Below, piece after piece: positions 8,973-16,769 of a stretch of 20,000 bases of DNA. Position 1 is the first letter of the stretch; every line of letters starts with the position of its first letter. The position numbers and the translations under genes were made by a program. The notes beneath the pieces are model-generated. The model did not search any database and was not told where the DNA came from. It was given only the letters and a program-made list of their open reading frames with translations. This DNA comes from an uncultured virus (IMG/VR IMGVR_UViG_3300036958_000084) (lineage: Duplodnaviria > Heunggongvirae > Uroviricota > Caudoviricetes), in the IMG/VR virus record IMGVR_UViG_3300036958_000084; one strand, written 5' to 3'.

Positions 8973-9824
8973 ATGGACAAGATAGAAGTTAAAGTGTGGA
9001 GGCCAGAGACCTACAAGAGTAGAGACTTAATGGTTGGTGCAGCAAGACTCACACAGCGTGCTGAAAAGATTACTAACATGCAGGACCTCGAAGCTCTGCT
9101 GGATAAGTCAGTTAAGCCTGAGACTGTGAGAAACATGACTCTGCTGCCACACAATAATATCAGATGCTTTGGCACTATCACATTATTGATAGTAGGTGCA
9201 TCACGCAGGTTCTTGGCACAGGTAACAAGAAGACGTATTGGTGTGACATTCTGCTCTGGTTCTCTTCAGTATTCTGACTGGGGTGACGACCATGACTTTG
9301 TTATTCCATACGAGATACTCAAGAAGGACTACGAAAGATACGGCTTTGCAGACCTGGAAAGTGGCTACTACTCAAGAAACTTCTGTAGGACATGTGAAGA
9401 TGCAATGTTCGATTATAAGAAGATGACTGATGACATCGGCTTAGACCGTGACACGGCTGGATATGTAGCTCCACAGGCTCTACGTAATGTGCTCATCATT
9501 GATGCATCACCGCAGGCCTGGATTGAAATGATCCGTCAGAGAATATGTAAGCGCAACACTGATGAGACCAGATATGTTCTACTGAAGTGTTGGGAGGCTC
9601 TGTATGAGTTAGATCCAATTATGTTCTCACCAAATGTATGCTTACCAAAGTGTGCAACAGAACTTCATTGTCCTGAAGAGAACATGTGCTGTGGAAATCC
9701 TTACTCATTAGAGAAAGAAGAGACAGTAACACCAACACTGTATATTAATGAGCAGTTCCCGGCTATTAAGTTTTTACAGGATTTACGTAAGGAGGAGGAT
9801 AAAGAATATGGCCTGGACAGGTAG
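8973..9824 (+). CDS. thyX: ThyX-like flavin-dependent thymidylate synthase (divergent)
   Basis: GASRRFLAQVTRRR-x8-SLQY (degenerate RHR-x7/8-S motif), DTAGYVAPQA, RQRICKRNTDETR, Cys-rich tail; context of dUTPase, kinase and deaminase. Confidence 0.82.
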   Translation: MDKIEVKVWRPETYKSRDLMVGAARLTQRAEKITNMQDLEALLDKSVKPETVRNMTLLPHNNIRCFGTITLLIVGASRRFLAQVTRRRIGVTFCSGSLQYSDWGDDHDFVIPYEILKKDYERYGFADLESGYYSRNFCRTCEDAMFDYKKMTDDIGLDRDTAGYVAPQALRNVLIIDASPQAWIEMIRQRICKRNTDETRYVLLKCWEALYELDPIMFSPNVCLPKCATELHCPEENMCCGNPYSLEKEETVTPTLYINEQFPAIKFLQDLRKEEDKEYGLDR

Positions 9825-10077
9825 TGCAACTATAGAAGAGAAAAGGACAGTGCTACATGCAATAACCAAACTGTATCATGCAGAGCACATAAGTGCAATG
9901 TCATATAAACAGATTGCGTCAGCATGTGAGCCTGAACTCAAAGAAACTGCTGTAAGATGGATTGTACCTTTACTGGTAGAAGAAGGCTACATAGAAAGAC
10001 TGTCTGTAGGTGACGGTAAAGTGCCAAGATATTTCTATGTACCTCAGCCAGCAGCGGAGGACCTACTCAATGAATGA
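9808..10077 (+). CDS. Winged-helix DNA-binding protein (putative regulator)
   Basis: MSYKQIASACEPELKETAVRWIVPLLVEEGYIER...PRYFY wHTH pattern; RBS aggaggagg before ATG 9808. Confidence 0.65.
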   Translation: MAWTGSATIEEKRTVLHAITKLYHAEHISAMSYKQIASACEPELKETAVRWIVPLLVEEGYIERLSVGDGKVPRYFYVPQPAAEDLLNE

Positions 10078-10357
10078 ATTTGATAAACACTTTGACTTAG
10101 CCAAATGCAATAAACTGCATAGAGACTTAGTCAGAGATGAAGTCAATGGCATGTCATTATATGACTTGCTTGAAAGAATTAACAACGGAATGGCGAGTGG
10201 TGCACGGTGTGTAATTGAAGCGGTGACCTACAGACCCTACTCATGCCGCTCACTTAGCTGTCGTGAATGTATTGCTCAGTGGCTTAATAAGGAAGCCACT
10301 GAGCTTCCTAAGGAGGTTGACTATACTTATGAGAGTATGCCTAGTAGAAGGACCTGA
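10070..10357 (+). CDS. Hypothetical Cys-rich protein
   Basis: ggagg RBS before ATG 10070; C...C...CRECIAQWLN motif. Confidence 0.65.
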   Translation: MNEFDKHFDLAKCNKLHRDLVRDEVNGMSLYDLLERINNGMASGARCVIEAVTYRPYSCRSLSCRECIAQWLNKEATELPKEVDYTYESMPSRRT

Positions 10358-10817
10358 TGGTGTAGGTAAGACTACATTCATCAACATGTTATTACAGTTA
10401 AATCCGGGTGCAATCGTTAAGCACTTTACATACGAGGATGTTAAGCAGACCCCTGACCCAGTATTAAGATACTCTAATTATCTACGGAATGTAAACTTAG
10501 AGGAGGGTGACAATGCAGTAGTTATCTTTGATAGAGGCTGGTATTCAGATGCTATCTACGGTTCAGTACTTAGAGGCAAGTCTGATGCATCCCCTGAAGA
10601 GATAGATGCAATCGAAAGAATATGCAAGGGCTATGGCGAGTTTGTACTATTTATGATAACTGCACCAGTAGAAACTGCATGGAAGCGCTGCAAGGCTCGT
10701 GGCGAAGAGCTAATCACAGATAAAGATGTATTCAAAAAGATCTGTGCAGCATACAGTGTATCACTACCGAAGATACGTGCAGTATCGCCCGGTATAGTGT
10801 ACGAGGTGAGGACTTAA
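10329..10817 (+). CDS. Deoxynucleoside monophosphate (thymidylate-type) kinase
   Basis: P-loop VEGPDGVGKTT, IFDRGWYSDAIYG, lid R..ARGE; RBS aaggagg before ATG 10329. Confidence 0.85.
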   Translation: MRVCLVEGPDGVGKTTFINMLLQLNPGAIVKHFTYEDVKQTPDPVLRYSNYLRNVNLEEGDNAVVIFDRGWYSDAIYGSVLRGKSDASPEEIDAIERICKGYGEFVLFMITAPVETAWKRCKARGEELITDKDVFKKICAAYSVSLPKIRAVSPGIVYEVRT

Positions 10818-11743
10818 TGTTCAACAATCGTCGTACAGCTGCAAACTATCTACGGCGCCGTGACCTGGAATGGTATGAGGGTTATGCAGCCTCAAATGTA
10901 GATGTATGGCTAACAGCATATGAACCGATTGAAGAATACTTTAAAGGAAGGATGGCATCAGCACCACTTAACTGGGAGGACATTGACCTGGAGTGGTATA
11001 AGGGCTATCCAATATTGGTAAAGAAAACCTGTGACAGATGCCAGAAGAAAATAACACCACCTGGTCAACGGCTACTTAAACCGCTTGTAAATAAGAAAGC
11101 CCCTGACTTTCAGCCGATGTTCTTAGAGTCATGTCAGTGTCACGATTGTATTAACTGCACAATAGTAGATCAATACATGTATGATACTTATGACAAAAAT
11201 AATCTGCCGAACTGGCATGAGGCTAGACAAGTGTTCAGTACATTTGGTGGAGAGTATGAAAAGGCATGGCGTATTGTACTTGCAAATGCACCGAAGATTA
11301 TAATGACTGAAGAAGAATGGGAGCATAGAGTAAACTTCTTTGGAGGCTGTGCATTCTGCGGTAGACCTATTGAGGTACGTGGATACTTCTTCCCACGCCG
11401 GTTGAATGGTGACTTCACCCCGTGGAATGTAATCCCGTTATGTGGTGAGTGCTTAAACAATCACTACAGAGGCAGGAATACAGTGGTAGGTGCTACTCAT
11501 AGATACCGCGTGTTCTCTAACCCACAGCTATTCACCAAGTACAAAACAATACGAATGTATCTGCTGTCTCAAATGGCTGAGCATGGCATATGGATGGAGC
11601 CATTGATACCACATATGAAAAGGTTCCTTGAGACCAGGACTCTTAAGGGTAGTCGTATGGATGGTATTTCTGGTACTCCGTCACAGGTAGCAACACAATT
11701 AGCAAATAAGGAGGAAAACAATGGATCAGAGTCAGAACCATGA
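10817..11743 (+). CDS. Zn-finger protein with a degenerate HNH-like domain
   Basis: TEEEW...FFGGCAFCG...P...G.FTPWNVIPLCGEC is an HNH scaffold, but the usual DH is replaced by GY and CN by CL. Additional CDRC and CQCHDC motifs. Confidence 0.65.
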   Translation: MFNNRRTAANYLRRRDLEWYEGYAASNVDVWLTAYEPIEEYFKGRMASAPLNWEDIDLEWYKGYPILVKKTCDRCQKKITPPGQRLLKPLVNKKAPDFQPMFLESCQCHDCINCTIVDQYMYDTYDKNNLPNWHEARQVFSTFGGEYEKAWRIVLANAPKIIMTEEEWEHRVNFFGGCAFCGRPIEVRGYFFPRRLNGDFTPWNVIPLCGECLNNHYRGRNTVVGATHRYRVFSNPQLFTKYKTIRMYLLSQMAEHGIWMEPLIPHMKRFLETRTLKGSRMDGISGTPSQVATQLANKEENNGSESEP

Positions 11744-12014
11744 GGCCATAATGACTGTTAGACTGCAGGCTATTAAAAGTGCATTTAAAGAAGATGCTGC
11801 ATATATAACACGTACTGCAAGCATGATAGGTTGCTCAGTAGATACTCTGTACAAAGCACTTGTAGTACAGCAGGATGAGCCTATGACTATGTACATGTTC
11901 AATGAGCTACTTCACAATGGTCATACTCCTGAACAACTTGATAATATTCTAACTACATGTATCAAAGATAACACACCACAGCCATTGGCAATGGCATTTT
12001 ATGAAATGAGGTAA
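11721..12014 (+). CDS. Hypothetical protein (possible HTH)
   Basis: aaggagg RBS; 'ITRTASMIGCSVDTLYKAL' is HTH-like. Confidence 0.6.
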   Translation: MDQSQNHEAIMTVRLQAIKSAFKEDAAYITRTASMIGCSVDTLYKALVVQQDEPMTMYMFNELLHNGHTPEQLDNILTTCIKDNTPQPLAMAFYEMR

Positions 12015-12016
12015 AC

Positions 12017-12502
12017 ATGCAGATCAAAAATGTTCCTGAACCACGCTTGAAAGTCTTCATAAACTTTTTGTGTGAGTTGGCTCTACTGGGCAAATGTACT
12101 GATAAGAAGAACGCTGCAATATTATGTGATGAGCGTATGTCTCAAATATACTCTATTGGACTAAACGGTGGTCCAAAGCATGGAGTAGATTGTTTATGCA
12201 GCTTAGGACTTAGGTACACGTGTATTCACGCAGAAGCACAGGCTTTAATGAAAGCTCCAGCACCTAGTAGTTTAAGTGAGTCATGGCGGATGATGTTATG
12301 TACGATGAGCCCATGCGTTACATGTGCATCATTAATGATTAACTATGGCATTCATAAGGTAGTGTACGTAGTTGACTACAAAAATGATGACGGCATAAAG
12401 CTACTAATCGATGCAGGCTGTGAAGTATTCAAGTACGTGGATGAAACTACACTGATAAATAAGAATGCAGAGTATGCAGCGCAGCGCAATGCTCTAATAT
12501 GA
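12017..12502 (+). CDS. dCMP deaminase
   Basis: CxxKK.AAIL, SIGLNG, HAEAQAL, SPCVTCA..MINYGI.KVVY Zn-deaminase motifs. Confidence 0.9.
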   Translation: MQIKNVPEPRLKVFINFLCELALLGKCTDKKNAAILCDERMSQIYSIGLNGGPKHGVDCLCSLGLRYTCIHAEAQALMKAPAPSSLSESWRMMLCTMSPCVTCASLMINYGIHKVVYVVDYKNDDGIKLLIDAGCEVFKYVDETTLINKNAEYAAQRNALI

Positions 12503-12507
12503 GATGC

Positions 12508-12538
12508 GGTTTTTTATAGTGTAGAAATATGGTATAAT
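12508..12538 (+). promoter_or_regulatory. Putative phage promoter, copy 2 (drives polA operon)
   Basis: ggttttttatagtgtagaaatatggtataat is 28/31 identical to 21-51 and contains TGgTATAAT. Confidence 0.7.
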
Positions 12539-12545
12539 AATAATG

Positions 12546-12588
12546 TAAGTAATGGGGCAGCTAATAATTGACTGACTGCCCCAACTTA
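12546..12588 (+). promoter_or_regulatory. 5'-leader hairpin immediately upstream of the polA RBS
   Basis: taagt-aa-tggggcag(12553-60) pairs with ctgcccca(12576-83)-actta; RBS aggagg at 12591-96; no U-tract. Confidence 0.55.
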
Positions 12589-12604
12589 GAAGGAGGTAAA
12601 TATT

Positions 12605-14647
12605 ATGGTAATTCAGAAGAAACCAGAATTAGCTGCTATCAAGCAGCGCACAAGCCTGATGTGGTCGAGGGAAGCTTTGCAGGAATGTAAGCATGATAAC
12701 TTTATCGAATGCTCTGCAGAGTACTGCCTTGAACACATTAGGCCATCTTTAATTGAGGGTCTTCCGGGTGTTTGGATCTGCTTCGATACTGAGACAGAGC
12801 CTACCGGAGTGCCAGCAAACCAGATGCCATCTACTGTACAGCGTAGATGGATACAGCGTGGATCAAAGTACATACCCAATGACTTTCCATTCTGTTTCAG
12901 TATCTGTGACGGTACTACAAGTTATGTCATCTATGACTCTTGGAAGACAGGTCTTAAGGAGCTCAAGAAGTTGAAGCCGTTACTTGAAGACCCAAATATT
13001 AATAAGACCCTGCACAATGCCAAGTATGATATGCACATGGCTAAGAATGCAGGTATTGATATTAAGGGTCAGATTTTCGACTCTCTGCCAGCGTCTAAGA
13101 TATGTAGAGCTTGGGCGCTAACGCACTCATTGCTTGACAATGCTAAGGAAATCCCGGAAGGTGTTGTTGAATTTGAATTTATGGTAGATAGCTACAAACA
13201 GCAGTACCGTATCACTAACTACGCCATGATTGATAGAGACCTTATGACTCAGTATACAGGCGCTGATACATGGAATGGTTTCTATGTTGCAAAACGGCTT
13301 GTAAGAATAGCGCGAGAGCATGAGGCTGATGGCTGGTTTAAGCTTTGCTTGCTTGAGAACGAGATTATCAAGATAACATTCTTTGCTGAACGTGAAGGTA
13401 TTTTGATAGACGCAAACTACGAAGAGCCACTCATGGAAGCACTAAGAGTACAGGCTGATGAAGCTGAGAAGAAGGTATATGAGACTGCTGGTTGTTTCTT
13501 CAACATGAATAGCGGACAGCAGCTTGAACAGATACTTGTGAAGCTTGGCTATGGTAGCCTCATTAAATATGGCAAGCCTACGGCAGCGATGGCAGCCAAA
13601 GGAATTACTCAAGGCAATCCACGCTTCAGGAAAGAAGACAAGGAACGCATGATTAATGAGGGCTGCAAAATCCTGGAGGATATTCAGAGCTACCAGAAGG
13701 CCGAGAAGCTAAAGAACAGCTTTGCTGAAAAGCTCTACACGATGAAAGATGCTAAGGACCGTGTCCACTGCAGCTTCAATACCATAGAGGCTAAGACTGG
13801 TAGATTTTCAATATCTATGCCATCATTCCAAAACATGCCAAGGCGTGGTGAGAGTAGAATTCGTAAGGCATTCATAGCCCCGAAGGGATACACAATCTAC
13901 GAGCTTGACTACTCATCACAGGAGTCAAGGATAATGGTTCATTATTCACAGAGTGAGTACTTAATCGAGGCACTGCATGAAGGTAAAGACATCCACAAGA
14001 TATTTGCGAGCATGATATTTGACGTACCATACGAAGAGGTTACTAAGGACCAGAGACAAATAGCTAAGTCAGTTGAGTTTGCTATTGTGTATGGCGCTGG
14101 AGCATCTAAGGTTGCATCAATGTCTGGTATAGCTGAGTATGAAGCTAAGCAGGTAATGGCTGATGTTAAGCGTAGAATGCCTGAGATTGATGTATTTATC
14201 AGGACCGCAAACTCGGTTGCGAAGGAACGTGGCTGGGTTAAGACCATTATGGGGCGTCAAGTATACACAGAAAAGGACCGTGAGTATGCATGTGTTAACT
14301 ACATAGTTCAAGGGTCTGCTGCTGACTGTACTAAGAATGCACTGATACGTATAAATAGATACCTACGTGCAAACAACTATAAGACTAAGTTTGTGCTTCA
14401 GGTACACGACTCATGTATGTTCTACATAGCTGATGATGAAGCTGACACAGTAGTTCCTAAGCTGCTTTATCTCATGGCAGAGCGTGATCTGTTCAGAGTA
14501 CCTATCACAGCTGACTGTGGTATGTCTACTGATGGTACATGGGCAGGAAAAGAAGATAAGGATGTAAAGCCTGAACCTCCAACACCGGAAGAGCAGGCAA
14601 AGATGGATGCATATAATATATGGGAGGACTGTTATATAAATGAATAA
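12605..14647 (+). CDS. polA: Family A DNA polymerase with 3'-5' exonuclease (no 5'-3' exonuclease domain)
   Basis: Exo I FDTETE, Exo II HNAKYD, Exo III YTGAD; TGRFSISMPSFQNMP; motif A LDYSSQESR, motif B RQIAKSVEFAIVYG, motif C QVHDS. Confidence 0.95.
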   Translation: MVIQKKPELAAIKQRTSLMWSREALQECKHDNFIECSAEYCLEHIRPSLIEGLPGVWICFDTETEPTGVPANQMPSTVQRRWIQRGSKYIPNDFPFCFSICDGTTSYVIYDSWKTGLKELKKLKPLLEDPNINKTLHNAKYDMHMAKNAGIDIKGQIFDSLPASKICRAWALTHSLLDNAKEIPEGVVEFEFMVDSYKQQYRITNYAMIDRDLMTQYTGADTWNGFYVAKRLVRIAREHEADGWFKLCLLENEIIKITFFAEREGILIDANYEEPLMEALRVQADEAEKKVYETAGCFFNMNSGQQLEQILVKLGYGSLIKYGKPTAAMAAKGITQGNPRFRKEDKERMINEGCKILEDIQSYQKAEKLKNSFAEKLYTMKDAKDRVHCSFNTIEAKTGRFSISMPSFQNMPRRGESRIRKAFIAPKGYTIYELDYSSQESRIMVHYSQSEYLIEALHEGKDIHKIFASMIFDVPYEEVTKDQRQIAKSVEFAIVYGAGASKVASMSGIAEYEAKQVMADVKRRMPEIDVFIRTANSVAKERGWVKTIMGRQVYTEKDREYACVNYIVQGSAADCTKNALIRINRYLRANNYKTKFVLQVHDSCMFYIADDEADTVVPKLLYLMAERDLFRVPITADCGMSTDGTWAGKEDKDVKPEPPTPEEQAKMDAYNIWEDCYINE

Positions 14648-14855
14648 GCAGAATAAGCATACTCCGGCGGCAGATGGGTTCTTCTTCACATGTGACCCTT
14701 CAAAGAACACAGAATGCTCAAAGGAAAGCTGTCATTTAAATGGTGGGCCATGCAAGTTAACCAAGTACATGGCATATGCAAAGGACCCTTCTAAGGTACT
14801 GTTCATTACACCTACTGATGGCAAAGAGCTTGAAGTAAAGGGTGCTAAAAAATGA
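14640..14855 (+). CDS. Small Cys-rich hypothetical protein
   Basis: ggagg RBS; CDP.KN.EC.K..C....GPC..T motif. Confidence 0.65.
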   Translation: MNKQNKHTPAADGFFFTCDPSKNTECSKESCHLNGGPCKLTKYMAYAKDPSKVLFITPTDGKELEVKGAKK

Positions 14856-14939
14856 ATGGTAAACACTCTGACAGGCTTATAAGCGCAAGCAAAATACTAC
14901 AGTTATTACGCAGCTGAGAAAGATGAGGAGGAATAAACA

Positions 14940-15446
14940 ATGAGCATGAACCCAACTAAAGCCTACCTACTACTGTCAGCTACAAGTGCATGTAAAGCAG
15001 CATACAAGGCACTATATGACGCCTACAGAACTTGCGATGATGCTGACTTTAGTAAGAACTACCCACTGAGTCCAGTAGATATTTTTGACTCAAACACTTA
15101 CAATGCAATAAATGGCTGGCTCAATACTTGCATTACAGACTTGGTTGCACAGCTACCAGACCGTATACCTAATCCTGCATGCATCAACTGTGCTAGGGAA
15201 TGCAAGCATGCACCTGCAATACGCTTTGATGGTAAGTGTGTGAATGCTGATAAACGTGATATTCATGGACCTTGTGGCAACTACCCAGTAATTACATTTG
15301 ACGAGAATGTAATTCGTGCATATCTACAGTACCAGAACATTGATCCGAAAGCTAAAGCATACATTGCTGATGCAAAAACTGACATTGAAGTGCGTCTGAT
15401 CTATAACAACTTCTTGTCAGACTTAGGACTGAATGCGAGGTGGTAA
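14940..15446 (+). CDS. Hypothetical protein with Cys cluster
   Basis: gaggagg RBS; CINCARECKH...C...C. Confidence 0.7.
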   Translation: MSMNPTKAYLLLSATSACKAAYKALYDAYRTCDDADFSKNYPLSPVDIFDSNTYNAINGWLNTCITDLVAQLPDRIPNPACINCARECKHAPAIRFDGKCVNADKRDIHGPCGNYPVITFDENVIRAYLQYQNIDPKAKAYIADAKTDIEVRLIYNNFLSDLGLNARW

Positions 15447-15451
15447 CACCC

Positions 15452-16174
15452 ATGGATAGTAAGAATTGGTGGAAAGTATCTGCCAGTATTATACTTATGC
15501 TAATAGCTTGCATAGCATGTGGCATAACAATACTGGCTAATAAAACTACAAAGGAGAATGCAGCATGCCAAACAACAATGCCCTCGCAATGTACAACATC
15601 TGTAGGCAGTGCCCTCACTCAGGAGAGTGTGACGACTGGGAGCAAGCCCGCTGGGACAACGAGTGCCCACTCAACAACCACAACGTCAACCACAACAACA
15701 ACGACAACGACAACGAGCACGACAACTACTATGGTGGAGACTGTTTTGACGACGGAGCCACCACAGGAAATGACGGAGACGGAGATTGTACAGACTGAGT
15801 ACCAAGAGCCTGTAGCATATGGTAGCTACAATGACTACATAACAGACTATGAGTATGTTCTACTGTGTAATCTGGTGGCTAATGAATATGGCTCTGATAC
15901 GCATGGCTACGGAGGCCCACCGGTTACGCCGTACGAGCGTGCATGCGTAGTATCTGTGGTAATGAATAGAGTCAGTGATGCAGGCTATCCTAATACCATT
16001 GAGGGTGTTGTGACACAGCCTTGTCAGTTCACAGGATATTATGCATGCCCTTACTACTGGGACACCGTAACACAGAATGTACGTGATGGAGTAGATTACT
16101 ATTTTGCACACCAAGACGAATTTCCATATTACTTATCGTTCTATGGTGACGGAGCCTATAATCACTTTTCATAG
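15452..16174 (+). CDS. Membrane-anchored/exported SleB-like cell wall hydrolase (Hydrolase_2) with Thr-rich linker
   Basis: N-terminal hydrophobic segment (possible LIAC lipobox), poly-Thr linker, C-terminal LVANEYG...VVSVVMNRV...YPNTIEGVVTQPCQF SleB signature; RBS gaggtgg before ATG 15452. Confidence 0.8.
   Translation: MDSKNWWKVSASIILMLIACIACGITILANKTTKENAACQTTMPSQCTTSVGSALTQESVTTGSKPAGTTSAHSTTTTSTTTTTTTTTSTTTTMVETVLTTEPPQEMTETEIVQTEYQEPVAYGSYNDYITDYEYVLLCNLVANEYGSDTHGYGGPPVTPYERACVVSVVMNRVSDAGYPNTIEGVVTQPCQFTGYYACPYYWDTVTQNVRDGVDYYFAHQDEFPYYLSFYGDGAYNHFS
15671..15730 (+). repeat. Low-complexity ACN-codon repeat encoding a poly-Thr linker
   Basis: tca aca acc aca acg tca acc aca aca aca acg aca acg aca acg agc acg aca act act. 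Confidence 0.85.
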
Positions 16175-16183
16175 GAGGCTACT

Positions 16184-16435
16184 ATGTATGGCGAAAGACG
16201 AAAAAGTCCGCCTACACCCTGTGAGCATTGTGGTCATCCAATAGATAGGACCAGCGATGTTTGCAGAAAGTGTGCTAAGAGCGGCAAGTACAAGCTCTAT
16301 GAAGCTTTGCGTAATGCAGTTTATATCAAAAACAAACGGGACAAAGAGATTGCTGAGATTGCATATGCTGAGCGAACGAAAGCCTACAAAGAATATATCA
16401 AAGACAAGAAGGGAGGCAGTCATGGCAGTAAGTGA
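16184..16435 (+). CDS. Small zinc-ribbon protein
   Basis: aggagg RBS; CEHCG...CRKC. Confidence 0.7.
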   Translation: MYGERRKSPPTPCEHCGHPIDRTSDVCRKCAKSGKYKLYEALRNAVYIKNKRDKEIAEIAYAERTKAYKEYIKDKKGGSHGSK

Positions 16436-16769
16436 AGACGTAATGATGGCCGTATGTACACTGTACCCATATCCTGGTTGGCGCCGCAAGGTGGAAATGA
16501 TGCCTGAGCATCAGATTTATGGTATCTACTACGATAGAATAGTACATGCTAGAGCATACTACCGTGAGAAGGAAAAGCGTAATGTCTTGAAGCTACTGAA
16601 GTTATCACAGCAGTCCAAGGTCAATGACATCTGGAAGGACAAAGACCCATCTACTGAGTATGTCTGCTTCATATGCGGCGGAACCTTTACGCGCGACAAC
16701 CCTGACTTAAAAGAGTGTGAGCTGTGCGGCAGCTCTGAAATATCTAAATTGGAGGATTTAAAAATATGA
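16422..16769 (+). CDS. Hypothetical protein with C-terminal zinc ribbon
   Basis: gggagg RBS before ATG 16422; CFICG...CELCGS; ATGA overlap with the next gene. Confidence 0.7.
   Translation: MAVSEDVMMAVCTLYPYPGWRRKVEMMPEHQIYGIYYDRIVHARAYYREKEKRNVLKLLKLSQQSKVNDIWKDKDPSTEYVCFICGGTFTRDNPDLKECELCGSSEISKLEDLKI

Noticed and set aside
4003..14647. Inteins or self-splicing introns in the MCM helicase, ThyX or PolA
   Set aside because: ORFs are continuous, motif spacing is normal, and no intein (C...HN) or LAGLIDADG signatures were seen
14852..14917. 21-aa micro-ORF (MNGKHSDRLISASKILQLLRS) with ATGA overlap
   Set aside because: Too short, with a weak RBS and no motif; cannot be supported from sequence alone
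15565..15798. Asn/Asp-rich alternative-frame ORF
   Set aside because: Frame-shifted reading of the ACN poly-Thr repeat inside the SleB-like gene. An aaggag lies upstream, so it is not fully excluded, but there is no other support
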